Positions 10,198-19,065 of a DNA stretch of 64,000 nt are shown here, piece by piece. Origin of the DNA: Anaeromyxobacteraceae bacterium (GTDB lineage: Bacteria; Myxococcota; Myxococcia; Myxococcales; Anaeromyxobacteraceae); assembly GCA_047602405.1 (NCBI GenBank), contig JASGHJ010000001.1, positions 512,001-576,000 on the forward strand. Direction: 5' to 3'. The notes beneath the pieces are model-generated. The model was not told the DNA's origin, ran no database searches, and saw only the letters and a program-made list of their open reading frames with translations. Position 1 is the first letter of the stretch; each line of letters begins with the position of its first letter. A program made the position numbers and the translations under genes.

Positions 10198-11693
10198 GGC
10201 GTCTCCTTCTTGGGCTTGGCGAGGGCGTCGTAGCTGTCGAGGGCGTGCGGGGTGACGCGGAGATCGCGCACGCGGGGATCGTCGGGGAGGACCACGTCGA
10301 GCTTCGGGGCCTGCCGGCGCGCGCGGGTCCGCTGATCGAGGACGTGCGCGACGGAGGCGGCCCCGATGGCGCCGCGCGCGAGGGCATCCTTGAGCGCCGC
10401 CTCGAGCTGAGCGGAGTCGTAGCGGTCGAGGAGCCTGAGCAGCCGGGTGACCTGGCCGCCGAGGTGCTCGCCACGGACGGCGAGCGCCTCCAGGAAGGGA
10501 TCGGCGCTCGGGCAGGCCGCGCGGAGCCGGTCCCGGCCGCGCAGGTCGTGGGCGCGGCGCTTCTCCCGCGCGAGTTCCTCGATGTGGGCGGAGTCCTCGA
10601 TCACCTGCTTCTCGTCCCAGCTCCGCTTGTGCGTCGCGAAGACGTGCGAGCCGTTGGTGATCCGGACCTCGTCCTCGGTGGCGACGAGGACGAGCGGCTT
10701 GCCGACCAGGTGGTGGGGGATCGAGTAGTCGTTGCGGTCGAAGCGGATGTAGGGCTGCTTGCCGGACGTGACCCAGCGGGTGGCGTGGCAGTCGTAGGGG
10801 TGCTCGGGGAGCGCGAGCAGGCGAGGCCGCTCCTCGGCGAGGGCGTCTCGCACGAGCCGGCCCTCGGGGTCACCCGGCACCTTGCGCGCGTGCGCGGTGC
10901 GCTCGACCCAGGCAGCGAGCTGGGCGTTGAGGTCCTGGACCGAGGAGAAGCGCCGGGCGGCGAAGAAGCCGTGGCGCAGGTACTGGATGGTGCGCTCGAC
11001 CTTGCCCTTCTCGTTGCCGCGATACGGCGCGCAGGGCTTGGGCGCGAAGTGGTAGTGCCCGGCGAAGAACAGCATCGCCTCGTTGAACCGGACGTGGTCG
11101 CCGGCGCGTTCGAGGACGACGCTCTTCAGGTTGTCGTAGAGGATGGTCCTTGGCACGCCACCGAGCGCCTCGAACGCCGCGACGTGGCCGCGCTGGAAGC
11201 TCTCGAGCGTCTGGTCGAGCGCGAAGCGGGCGTAGATCGCGCGCGACCACGAGAGCACCATCACGAAGCACGACAGCGCCCGCTTCGCGTGGCCAACCCT
11301 GATCGTGCCGAAGTGTCCCCAGTCCACCTGCGCTTGCTCGCCCGGGAGCGTCTGCAGGCGCAGGTACGCCTCGCTCCGCGGCGCCGGCCGTACCGTGGCG
11401 ACGTACCGGCGAAGCTGGATGACCGAGCCCCGGTAGCCGCGATCCCGGGCCATCTCGAACAGGCGCGTCGCGCGGAGACGCGGGTGCTGCTCGAGCGTCT
11501 CGCCTACGAACGCCTTGTAGGGATCGAGCATCGAGGGCCTGTGGACCACGGCCGGCCGCAAGAACCGCTCGGCCTCGATGGCTCGCCGGACGGCGTCGTG
11601 ATGGACGCCGAGCTCGCCGGCGATGGTGCCGATGCGCCAGTGCTCGGCGAAGAACAGCCGGCGGATGCGGGCGCGCAGCTCGGCCGGGATCAT
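10194..11693 (-). CDS. istA: IS21 DDE transposase IstA
   Basis: LDPYKAFV, PGEQAQVDWG, GGVPRTILYDNLKS, KGKVERTIQYLR; GTGA overlap with istB. Confidence 0.95.
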   Translation of the reverse strand: MIPAELRARIRRLFFAEHWRIGTIAGELGVHHDAVRRAIEAERFLRPAVVHRPSMLDPYKAFVGETLEQHPRLRATRLFEMARDRGYRGSVIQLRRYVATVRPAPRSEAYLRLQTLPGEQAQVDWGHFGTIRVGHAKRALSCFVMVLSWSRAIYARFALDQTLESFQRGHVAAFEALGGVPRTILYDNLKSVVLERAGDHVRFNEAMLFFAGHYHFAPKPCAPYRGNEKGKVERTIQYLRHGFFAARRFSSVQDLNAQLAAWVERTAHARKVPGDPEGRLVRDALAEERPRLLALPEHPYDCHATRWVTSGKQPYIRFDRNDYSIPHHLVGKPLVLVATEDEVRITNGSHVFATHKRSWDEKQVIEDSAHIEELAREKRRAHDLRGRDRLRAACPSADPFLEALAVRGEHLGGQVTRLLRLLDRYDSAQLEAALKDALARGAIGAASVAHVLDQRTRARRQAPKLDVVLPDDPRVRDLRVTPHALDSYDALAKPKKETP

Positions 11694-11702
11694 CGAACTG
11701 CC

Positions 11703-12173
11703 TCACCGTGGCGCGCGGGACCGAAAGCGTCGCTGCCGCTCGGGGCGGCCGGTGCGGGCAAGCGTGTCGTGGCGAACGAATCGGCCGCGGATCCCGCAGC
11801 GCGCGCAGCAGAGGCGCCGCGCGCCCGGGCAGGCGTGGGAGTGAGCATGGGCGGTGACCTCGGCGCCGGTCGAGCTCGGCGCCGACATGGCGCCCGCCGC
11901 CGGCGAGGCGCGCACCATCGCGGAGGAGGCCGCCGCCTCGCGACCGTGATGCGTCACTTTCGAGCGAGCGCGACCGCGGTATCGCCGCTGGCGGTCGGCG
12001 TGGGCGTGCCGCCCCTCGATGCTGAGCTGGTACCGCCGCCCGGCCGCGGCGAGGCACGCGCGCCGGGCCGTGCGCGCGCACGCAGCCCCGCAGTACCGGT
12101 GGCCCCGGTCGCAGTGTCGGCAGAGGAAGAACACCTGCCCGCACGCAGGAAGCGCGCAGGCCACGAACCGCAA
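11703..12173 (-). CDS. Cys-rich basic accessory protein inside IS21 (putative Zn-binding)
   Basis: CALPAC-x6-CRHCDRGHRYCGAAC...HADRQRRYR and C-terminal CARCG; inside the IRs, 9 bp upstream of istA. Confidence 0.7.
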   Translation of the reverse strand: MRFVACALPACGQVFFLCRHCDRGHRYCGAACARTARRACLAAAGRRYQLSIEGRHAHADRQRRYRGRARSKVTHHGREAAASSAMVRASPAAGAMSAPSSTGAEVTAHAHSHACPGARRLCCARCGIRGRFVRHDTLARTGRPERQRRFRSRAPR

Positions 12174-12554
12174 CGATTCCAGACGCCCTCAGCGAGGGCG
12201 CGTGGAAGTGGACCGGCGGCGTCAGGCGTGCGATCACCGGACCGCTGGTGATCAGGCGCCCTGCTTGAACCGGCCGAAGGCTCGGAGCGCGAACTCCGGG
12301 CCTTCACTCTTTCGCCCTGCCGATACCTGGCTACCCGTGAACGGCTGACCCGGCCAGTTCCCGGCCGATCCTCACGCCGTCGGCGGGGCGTCCAGAATCA
12401 CGCTCTTCCTGGTGACCGCCAACACCCGGGGCGGAGCCGGGCGGGTAATCACTGCGCGACCGACGACCGACTCGGTCGGCAGTAGCTTCAGGGGGCTGGC
12501 AGTCCACCCGTTCGAGCAGCTTCCGACGGCTCGCGCCGTAGATCCGCATCCCTT

Positions 12555-12745
12555 CAGCGCCTCGGGCGAGAGGAGAGTCTCGTGCCGTAGCCTGGCCATG
12601 ATCCACCGCTCGGCGATCAGCACGGCGACCTGGCCTTGGCCTTGTTGTCGCGCGGCGTTGCGGTACGCGCGGGCAGTACTGTCGCGCCGTGGTGCCGCAC
12701 CAGGTCCTAGTAGGTGAGCTGGAACCCCAGTACGTACCGGCGGCC
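12555..12745 (-). pseudogene. Degenerate fragment of a second, different IS21 IstA
   Basis: Reads TY*DLVRHHGATVLPAR..PRD.KAK / VAVLIAERWIMARLRHET across a stop and a frameshift, matching the IstA core pattern PAR..PRDKAKVE.AV...ERWI.ARLR. Confidence 0.6.
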
Positions 12746-12759
12746 CGGCGGCCCGGGTA

Positions 12760-13034
12760 CGGTCGGCGTCTCCAGCCACGTCATCAGCGTGTGCCGCTTC
12801 ACGGCGAGCTCGCGCGAGATCGCCGCCACAGGGGCGTCGGCCGCCCGCCGTCGCAGGAAGTACACTTCCGGAGCGCGGCCGGGTACAACCGCGCCGCGCC
12901 TGGTGGGCCGCCCGCCGCACCGCTCCCGGAACTCCGCCGCCGTCTTCTCCGTCTCCATCGCGCGCCTCCTGTGCAAGCCCGCGAGAATCAGAGCGCTGCA
13001 GCTGAAGTCACGACAGGGCGGAGCGAGGACTTAC
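12760..13034 (-). pseudogene. IS66-like left end and decayed tnpA remnant
   Basis: Minus strand begins GTAAGTCC at 13034 (IS66 ends start GTAA); AGGAGG then ATG 12958; ...VAAISRELAV..HTL..W HTH. Confidence 0.45.
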
Positions 13035-13210
13035 GCCAGCCGGACGTGGAGGAGTTCCGCCGGACGCGCTGGTCCCGAAACCGGCGGAGCAGCTCCTCCG
13101 CCGTGCGCGCACTTGGGCGCTCAACTGACCGATCGCTCTGCGCGAGCTCCGGTACGCCGACTGCCCCACCGGACGCCACGGAACAGATCAACCTCATCCG
13201 ACATCCACAT

Positions 13211-13681
13211 CTAAGGCGTAGGACCAAGGACGATACCGAAACACAGTGCGAGTTCTTCGTCGCAGTTCGGAGGGAACAGGGCCGGATCAGGACAGAAGCA
13301 AGACAGCAGGGTGCAACCCGCGGCGGAGTACTCTGCTAGCAACTTGTCGAGCCCGCTAGCGCGATTGGGGTTCACGGCGATGAAGCAAGGACCCGAACAG
13401 AGGCCCCTCAGCACCTCGGTTCCGTCTACCAAGACTTCGCTAATAGTACCAGGTCGCCCGAACGCGCATTGCCCCGACATGGAGGGATCGCACACGCGTG
13501 CATCTGGCAGGGCAACCTTGTAGTCGGTTGCAATCGCAAGGCACGAACGGGTCACGGGAGAGTCGGGGGGGGCCTCGGGGGGCGCGGGCGACGGCCCGCA
13601 ACCCCCGAGTACGAGGCTGATACAAAGCGCTATGCCGCCAGCCTGCACCTTATGTCCGTCCCTATTCGCAGTTGGGCACAC
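13211..13681 (-). CDS. Cys-rich predicted lipoprotein, unknown function
   Basis: Lipobox-like VLGGC, many paired cysteines, lower GC than host; start uncertain. Confidence 0.5.
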   Translation of the reverse strand: MCPTANRDGHKVQAGGIALCISLVLGGCGPSPAPPEAPPDSPVTRSCLAIATDYKVALPDARVCDPSMSGQCAFGRPGTISEVLVDGTEVLRGLCSGPCFIAVNPNRASGLDKLLAEYSAAGCTLLSCFCPDPALFPPNCDEELALCFGIVLGPTP

Positions 13682-14666
13682 ATGCCCCGTCGATACATGT
13701 CATCCCTGCCAGGTACCACCTGTGCGTCTCTGGGTCGAAGCACTTTGGACCGCGGGCACAGACGCCCGAGCACACATAGGTACCCCTACACCCGTCAGGA
13801 ACCACGGTTCCGCAGGCAGTGCCCGCCGGGCATACCGGGTTGGGGACGCAGTACGTGAGGTTAATGCTGCTCCCGGAGACAGACGCCGCGTATGAGCAAC
13901 TAGGCGCCAATGCGGTTGTGTAAGTTTCCCAAGGCAAGGATGAATTCGAGTAGCTGTTTCCACCTACGTCGCGTGCCTGGAAGTTCGAGAAGGTGACGCC
14001 AGTCGCGAGAGGCAGATGAGAGCAACTGTCCAAGTTGTACACTTCGAGGGCTCCACCCACTCCAAGCGTGACTGGACGTGTGACGTTTTGGACCTGAATG
14101 GTTGTGAGAACCGAGCTCATACCCGAGGTGGCACCTGTCGAAACCGTCCAATTCGAGCAAATCCCTGTCCCCGGCGAGCAGTTGGCGCCCTGGATCTGCC
14201 CGGTAACCGTGTTCCCAGGCTGGACCGGAATCGGGGTTGAATACGTGGAGTTGCCGTCTGGCCTGTAGTTCCAGCTTACAATGGTCCATCTGGGCCCATC
14301 CCAACCCAGATGATTCCAGGCAAGGACTGGCTGCAGGAGGAACTCGTTCGGAAGAGGTAGTGCACCGGGGAAGTAGTACAGAACCTGGTTGGCCACGACG
14401 CTGGGCGCCGAGGGGACCGTCCACGTGGCTTGGATGTTGGAGAGCGGCGTGTCGTAGAAGCGAGCTTCCGCAACCCAGGCCCAGTACATCGGTGGTAGCG
14501 AGGCGTTCGCGCTCGATGACGTTCCAGATGGACGCATCTCTCTGCCAGCCTTGTCGAAGCGCGTTCTTGCGCACGGAGACGGTCGCCTGACCGTTCCCAG
14601 GCGGGTATTTAGCAGCGAACCATCACTCTGAGTGATCTCATGCTCGTGAATGGGACGCCGATCCAC
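13662..14666 (-). pseudogene. 5'-truncated secreted protein, possibly glutamic-peptidase (G1/eqolisin-like) fold with Cys-rich tail
   Basis: ATWTVPSAP...YYFPG...LQPVL..W, later GALEVY; no signal peptide; lower GC. Confidence 0.45.
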
Positions 14667-14834
14667 TCGACCGCGGAGAGCTTCACCGCCAAGTACGGGG
14701 GCCGGATCGAAAACGTGTTCGAGGATCTCGGTCTCCTCGTTCTGCAGGACATCGACGCCACGGTTGCTGAGCAGATCTCGAACGAGCCTTCGGTGTGCTT
14801 CGTCGAGCAGGACGACTACATCACCGGCGGCTGA
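14640..14834 (+). pseudogene. Fragment resembling a subtilase propeptide (inhibitor I9)
   Basis: YGGRIENVF...AEQISNEPSVCFVEQD pattern; no N-terminus and no catalytic domain. Confidence 0.45.
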
Positions 14835-14905
14835 TACTCACTTCTCAAGAACGGACGGGGCCGCCAGCACTTGCCGGCGGCCCCGTTTCGTTTCTCCTCG
14901 TCGCA

Positions 14906-15457
14906 CTAGCGGCGCGACGGCCGGCGCTTCGTGTTCTCGTCCTCGCCGTCCTCGTCGTCGGTGTCCTCCTCGACGTCCTCCAGCGAGTCCAGCTCCGGGT
15001 CCTCGATCCACTCCACGACGGTCTTGCGGTGCACGATGGCCATGGTGGCCTCCTTTCCATCCGACCTTACGGACGCGACCGTCTCCGGCCCAGGGGGCGG
15101 CACCAGTACCCCGTGACCGCGAGTCACGAACCGGCTCACCCGTTTCCGCAGTCGCGCCGCGAGGCGCAGGCGCCCACCGATGTCCTGCACCCTGCCGGCG
15201 GCCGCCGCCGCGCGATGCGCGACCTGGGCGGACGTGAGGCCGGACGCCATCAGCTGGGCGACCAGCCGGGCCTGCTCGGAGATGGCCAGCCGGAGGTTGT
15301 TCTTCGCCACCTCCACGGCCGACTCCGCGCTCAGCTCGGCGCGGACGGCGCCGGCGAACGCCTCCATGAGGGCGCGGTGCTTCGGCATGTTCCAGTACCC
15401 CGTAGCCCCACCCTTGTCGGTGGTCGCCGGGGGACGAGACGACCTCGCGGTGGCCAT
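14906..15457 (-). CDS. Hypothetical element protein with an acidic C-terminal tail
   Basis: GC3-rich ORF ending EDPELDSLEDVEEDTDDEDGEDE; start uncertain. Confidence 0.5.
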   Translation of the reverse strand: MATARSSRPPATTDKGGATGYWNMPKHRALMEAFAGAVRAELSAESAVEVAKNNLRLAISEQARLVAQLMASGLTSAQVAHRAAAAAGRVQDIGGRLRLAARLRKRVSRFVTRGHGVLVPPPGPETVASVRSDGKEATMAIVHRKTVVEWIEDPELDSLEDVEEDTDDEDGEDENTKRRPSRR

Positions 15458-15627
15458 GATCCCCAGGACTGTCGAGGGTGATCCCCTGTCGCCTCGAACG
15501 CACCGGGCCGTGATCCCCTCCCGTCCTTGGCTGCGTTCGGCGCTGGATTCCCCCAGGTCGTTCGTGGGGTTCGCTGCGTTGCGTCCACCCCCACCGCGAA
15601 CATGACGGTCGCTTCGGGATCCCCTGC

Positions 15628-15981
15628 TCACCGGCGATCCCTCCCCATGAACTCGTCGAGGTCGCGGACCCGGACGCGCACCGCGTTGAGCACGCGGAAG
15701 GACCGCAGCTCGCCCGAGGCGCAGAGCTTGTAGACGGTCGCGGTGGAGCACCCCAGCGCCTCCGCCACGGCCCGCACGGTCAGCGCCTGAGTGCCTCTGA
15801 TGGCCCGCAGGCGCGGCCGCCGGCCTCCCGGGCCGTTCTGTGCGGTGGATGTGACAAAACCTCTGCCACGGCCTGGGAACGCGTGGGACGGCTGGACCGG
15901 GACCGCGGCGTCGACTGTAGCCGTGGGGAACCCTTGCGAAGACGTGAGGACCGCTGGACCGCCACCCTCGAATTTTCCCAA
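15628..15981 (-). CDS. Second excisionase-like HTH_17 protein next to attR; true start uncertain
   Basis: LTVRAVAEALGCSTATVYKLCASGELRSFRVLNAVRV. Confidence 0.7.
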   Translation of the reverse strand: MGKFEGGGPAVLTSSQGFPTATVDAAVPVQPSHAFPGRGRGFVTSTAQNGPGGRRPRLRAIRGTQALTVRAVAEALGCSTATVYKLCASGELRSFRVLNAVRVRVRDLDEFMGRDRR

Positions 15982-16021
15982 GCTGAGGGTCGCCGGTTCG
16001 AACCCGGTTTCCCGCTCCAGA
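15975..16021 (+). repeat. att copy 2 (tRNA-Gly 3' end)
   Basis: Identical to 2896-2942. Confidence 0.95.
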
Positions 16022-16037
16022 TTCGGGTGATTTGGCG

Positions 16038-16065
16038 AGGGCTTCCAGGGCGACCTGGAAGCCCT
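16038..16065 (+). terminator. Hairpin after att copy 2
   Basis: Perfect 12-bp stem agggcttccagg-GCGA-cctggaagccct followed by tcgtcgtt. Confidence 0.65.
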
Positions 16066-16196
16066 TCGTCGTTCCAGGTCTCTTCCGATGGTTGTCCGGC
16101 CGCGTTGTCACCCTGGCCCCGGCGCCTCGAACGCCTGTGTGAGCTCGTGGAGTTCGGCGCGCCGACCCTCAGCCTTCCTGCCTGCGCGCTGGCACC

Positions 16197-16236
16197 GTGA
16201 ACCATGGTTGACACCTTGCGGAGCCCGCCCTAGGTT
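16197..16236 (+). promoter_or_regulatory. Sigma70-type promoter of the TA operon with an overlapping palindromic operator
   Basis: TTGACA (16208-13), 17-nt spacer, TAGGTT (16231-36), 6 nt, ATG; palindrome GTGAACCATGGTTGAC (16197-16212) overlaps the -35. Confidence 0.75.
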
Positions 16237-16242
16237 CTTCCC

Positions 16243-16533
16243 ATGTGGACGGTCCTCACGACGGAGGCCTTCGACGCCTGGTTCTCGGCGCTGAGGGACC
16301 GGAGGGCGGCCCGCCGCATCCAGGCGCGCATCGACCGCGCGGAGGCCGGGAACTTCGGCGACTGCGCCCCGGTGGGCGAAGGCGTCTCGGAGATGCGGAT
16401 CCACCACGGCCCCGGCTACCGGGTCTACTTCGTCCAGCGTGGGCTGGAGGTCATCGTCCTCCTCGGCGGAGGAGACAAGGCCACGCAGGCAAAGGACATC
16501 GCGAGTGCGCTCGCGCTGGCGAAGCAGTTGTAG
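16243..16533 (+). CDS. RelE/ParE-superfamily toxin (HI1419-type addiction module killer protein)
   Basis: FDAWFSALRD..A..RIQARIDR...GNFGDC.PVGEGVSEMRIHHGPGYRVYF....LLGGGDK.TQ.KDI. Confidence 0.92.
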   Translation: MWTVLTTEAFDAWFSALRDRRAARRIQARIDRAEAGNFGDCAPVGEGVSEMRIHHGPGYRVYFVQRGLEVIVLLGGGDKATQAKDIASALALAKQL

Positions 16534-16542
16534 GAGGTACCC

Positions 16543-16857
16543 ATGGCGACCAAGCCCAAGGCGAAGCTCAAGCTCAGGAAGTGGGACTCGGCCGAGCACC
16601 TCGAGACCGAGGAGGACATCGCTCTCTACTGGGAGGCCTGCCTCGAGGAGGCGGCCGGAGACCCGGCGTTCATCACCGCGGCCCTTGCCACCATCGCCAA
16701 GGCCCGCGGCATGACGGCGCTGGCCCGCGATACGGGCCTGACGCGAGAAGGGCTCTACAAGGCGCTCTCGCCCGACGGCAATCCCGAGTTCGCCACCGTG
16801 ATGAAGGTCATCCGCGCGCTCGGGCTTCATTTGCATGGCTCCGTGGCTCGGACCTGA
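16543..16857 (+). CDS. HI1420-type HTH antitoxin
   Basis: WDSAEHL.TEEDI..Y...IAKARGMTALARDTGLTREGLYKALS..GNPEFATVMKV. Confidence 0.92.
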   Translation: MATKPKAKLKLRKWDSAEHLETEEDIALYWEACLEEAAGDPAFITAALATIAKARGMTALARDTGLTREGLYKALSPDGNPEFATVMKVIRALGLHLHGSVART

Positions 16858-16916
16858 CCTCCGCGGCGAAGCTCGGGGAGCGACGGGCGCCGCCGGGCAG
16901 GTGATAGGCTCGCAGC

Positions 16917-18173
16917 GTGCCTCACCGTCCCGGCGCGCTCGGCTCCATCGACCCCCTCTCAGTCCCACTCCCTCACGGGACCGAGGTCACCACCCGCGTC
17001 GAGCGCACCCTCGGTGACCGCCGGATCCCGCAGGGTGTCGTGGGCAGGGTCGTCGCAGTGCGCGACGAGGGACTGGACGTCCTCGTGACCGGCATCGGCG
17101 TCGTCCGGTACGCCCGTGCGGAGCTCCTCCCTCGCCGCCCTGGTCAGGTCCGCTACGCCGAGCGCCGCGAAGCCGATTGGAGCGCGCTCCGGGGCTGCGT
17201 CGTGCTCGAGGCGACCGTTGGCTCGCGCGCCTGGGGCCTCGCCGACGAGGGTTCGGACACCGACTTGCGTGGCATCTTCGTGCTCCCGTTTCCGTGGACG
17301 ACGGCCCTTCTGGACCCACCGGACACGCTCACGAGCGCCGACGGCAGCGCCACCTACTGGGAGCACCGCAAGGGCATCCACCAGGCGCTCCGCGCCGATC
17401 CGAACACGCTCGAGCTCCTGTTCGTGCAGACCGCCGAGCCGAAGGACCCCATCGGCGAGTGGCTCCTCGAGGCGCGCGATGCGTTCGCGACGGCCGACCT
17501 TTTCGGGAGCTTCGGCCGCTACGCGGTGAGCCAGCTCGGCAAGCTATCCCGCTCCGCGCGCCTCGCGGAGCACCGCGGACTCGTCCTGGATTGGCTGCGC
17601 GAGGAGCCCGCGCCCGACCTGGAGGAGGTCGCGCGACGCCTGGCCCGCGTCTCTCCAAGACCCGCCCCGACGCCGTCAGAAGGGGTCCACGCGGCGAAGG
17701 AGTACGTGAAGCAACTCTATCGCTCACTGTCCGATCAGGGGCTCACGGCCTCGAACGACTTCGCCGGACTGGTCGCCTACGCGCGCGACGGCGGCGCGCA
17801 GCCCGAGCCCGCGCGCGAGCTCCGCCCCAAGAACGCGTACAACCTGCTGCGGCTCGTGCATGTCGCCACGGGATGGCTCCGCACCGGCCATCCCGACCTT
17901 GAGATGAAGGGAGCGGTCCGCGACCGGCTCCTCGCCGTGAAGCGGGGCGTGGTCTCGCTCGAGGAAGTGCTCGCCGAGGCGGAAGCGCTCGTCCCGGCAC
18001 TCGAGGCGGCACGCGACGCCACGCCGCTGCCGCGTGGGCCCGACCTCGTTAGCGCCGACAGGCTCCTTAGGCGAATCGGGGAGGAGGTGGCGCGGCGCTG
18101 GGTCGAGCGCGTGCCCGGTTCGTTCGGCGTGGCGGCGCCCCTGCCCCCAACGCGACCGGAGTCCGCGCCATGA
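16917..18173 (+). CDS. Pol-beta superfamily nucleotidyltransferase (PF10127/RlaP-like) with an extra N-terminal beta domain
   Basis: VGSRAWGLADEGSDTDLRG (GS..DxD), ALRADPNTLELLF, KNAYNLLRL, RDRLLAVKRG. Confidence 0.8.
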   Translation: MPHRPGALGSIDPLSVPLPHGTEVTTRVERTLGDRRIPQGVVGRVVAVRDEGLDVLVTGIGVVRYARAELLPRRPGQVRYAERREADWSALRGCVVLEATVGSRAWGLADEGSDTDLRGIFVLPFPWTTALLDPPDTLTSADGSATYWEHRKGIHQALRADPNTLELLFVQTAEPKDPIGEWLLEARDAFATADLFGSFGRYAVSQLGKLSRSARLAEHRGLVLDWLREEPAPDLEEVARRLARVSPRPAPTPSEGVHAAKEYVKQLYRSLSDQGLTASNDFAGLVAYARDGGAQPEPARELRPKNAYNLLRLVHVATGWLRTGHPDLEMKGAVRDRLLAVKRGVVSLEEVLAEAEALVPALEAARDATPLPRGPDLVSADRLLRRIGEEVARRWVERVPGSFGVAAPLPPTRPESAP

Positions 18174-18961
18174 AGGATCTGCTCACCCCGCACCAGCTCG
18201 CGGTGGCGGATCGGGTGCTCGACGAGGAGGACTCGGCGCGCCGCCACCTCGTCATCTCGCTCTCCGGCGGTCACGCCTACGGCTTCCCGTCGCCGGACTC
18301 CGACCTCGACCTCAAGGCGATCCACGTCGCACCGACCGAGGCGCTCCTCGGCCTCGCCCCGCCCGCCGCCAACGCGCCGGACCGCATCGAGGTCATCGAG
18401 GGCGTGGAGATCGACTACTCCTCGAACGAGCTCCAGCAGGTGCTCGTAGGGGTCCTGCAGGGGAACGGCAACTTCATCGAGCGGATCCTGTCCCGGTTCG
18501 TCCTTCGCTCGTCCCCTGAGCACGAGTCGCTGCGGCCGCTGGTGGCGCGAAGCCTCTCGCGCAGGCTCCACAGGCACTACCGCGGGTTCGCCTCCGGACA
18601 GCTCCGCGAGTGGGAGAAGGACGGGTATCGCTCGGCAAAGAAGCTCTTGTACGTGCTCCGGACGGCGCTCACAGGTACGCACGCGCTCCTGACCGGCGCG
18701 ATCGAGACCGACGTCACGCTCCTCCTCGATGCGCACGGGTTCGGTGCCGCGCGCGAGCTCGTCGACGCCAAGCGCCGGGGTGAGCGCGCCTCGCTGCCGC
18801 CTGAGGTCTCCGAACGCTGGAAGCTCGAGGTGGGCCGGGCGTTCGACGTCCTCGACGGAGCCCTCGCGAGCTCGGTGCTGCCCGAGGGGCCTCCGAACGC
18901 GGAGGACCTCGAGGCGTGGCTCCTCGACGTCAGGAGACGCGCCCTCGCGACCGGAACATGA
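18170..18961 (+). CDS. Second PF10127/RlaP-like nucleotidyltransferase
   Basis: SGGHAYGFPSPDSDLDLKAIH, GNGNFIERI, HYRGFA, KKLLYVLR..LTG.H; ATGA overlap with the preceding gene. Confidence 0.82.
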   Translation: MKDLLTPHQLAVADRVLDEEDSARRHLVISLSGGHAYGFPSPDSDLDLKAIHVAPTEALLGLAPPAANAPDRIEVIEGVEIDYSSNELQQVLVGVLQGNGNFIERILSRFVLRSSPEHESLRPLVARSLSRRLHRHYRGFASGQLREWEKDGYRSAKKLLYVLRTALTGTHALLTGAIETDVTLLLDAHGFGAARELVDAKRRGERASLPPEVSERWKLEVGRAFDVLDGALASSVLPEGPPNAEDLEAWLLDVRRRALATGT

Positions 18962-19065
18962 ACGCTATTCCTCAGTGGAGGATTTCGTGAGCTGGAACCT
19001 TCGGCCGTCGCAACGCCCCTCGTCCTTCCGGCAACTTGGCACCTGCGCGAAGACCGCCCTGAACA

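Larger units (their letters stand above)
9382..12424 (-). mobile_element. IS21-family element with three genes and a 5-bp target duplication CCCGG
   Basis: Ends TGTTGGCG..CACC / GGTG..CGCCAACA; CCCGG at 9377-9381 and 12425-12429; istA-istB inside. Confidence 0.92.
2896..16021. mobile_element. Island 1: integrative element in tRNA-Gly bounded by a 47-bp direct repeat (2896-2942 / 15975-16021)
   Basis: Identical ttcccaagctgagggtcgccggttcgaacccggtttcccgctccaga at both ends; tyrosine integrase and xis-like genes inside; lower-GC cargo. Confidence 0.9.

Noticed and set aside
2896..16021. Island 1 as a prophage or ICE
   Set aside because: No capsid, terminase, tail, relaxase or type IV secretion genes recognisable
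14906..16111. 401-aa ORF reading through attR
   Set aside because: Its N-terminal part is antisense tRNA/att sequence and overlaps the HTH gene in another frame; only 14906-15457 looks coding
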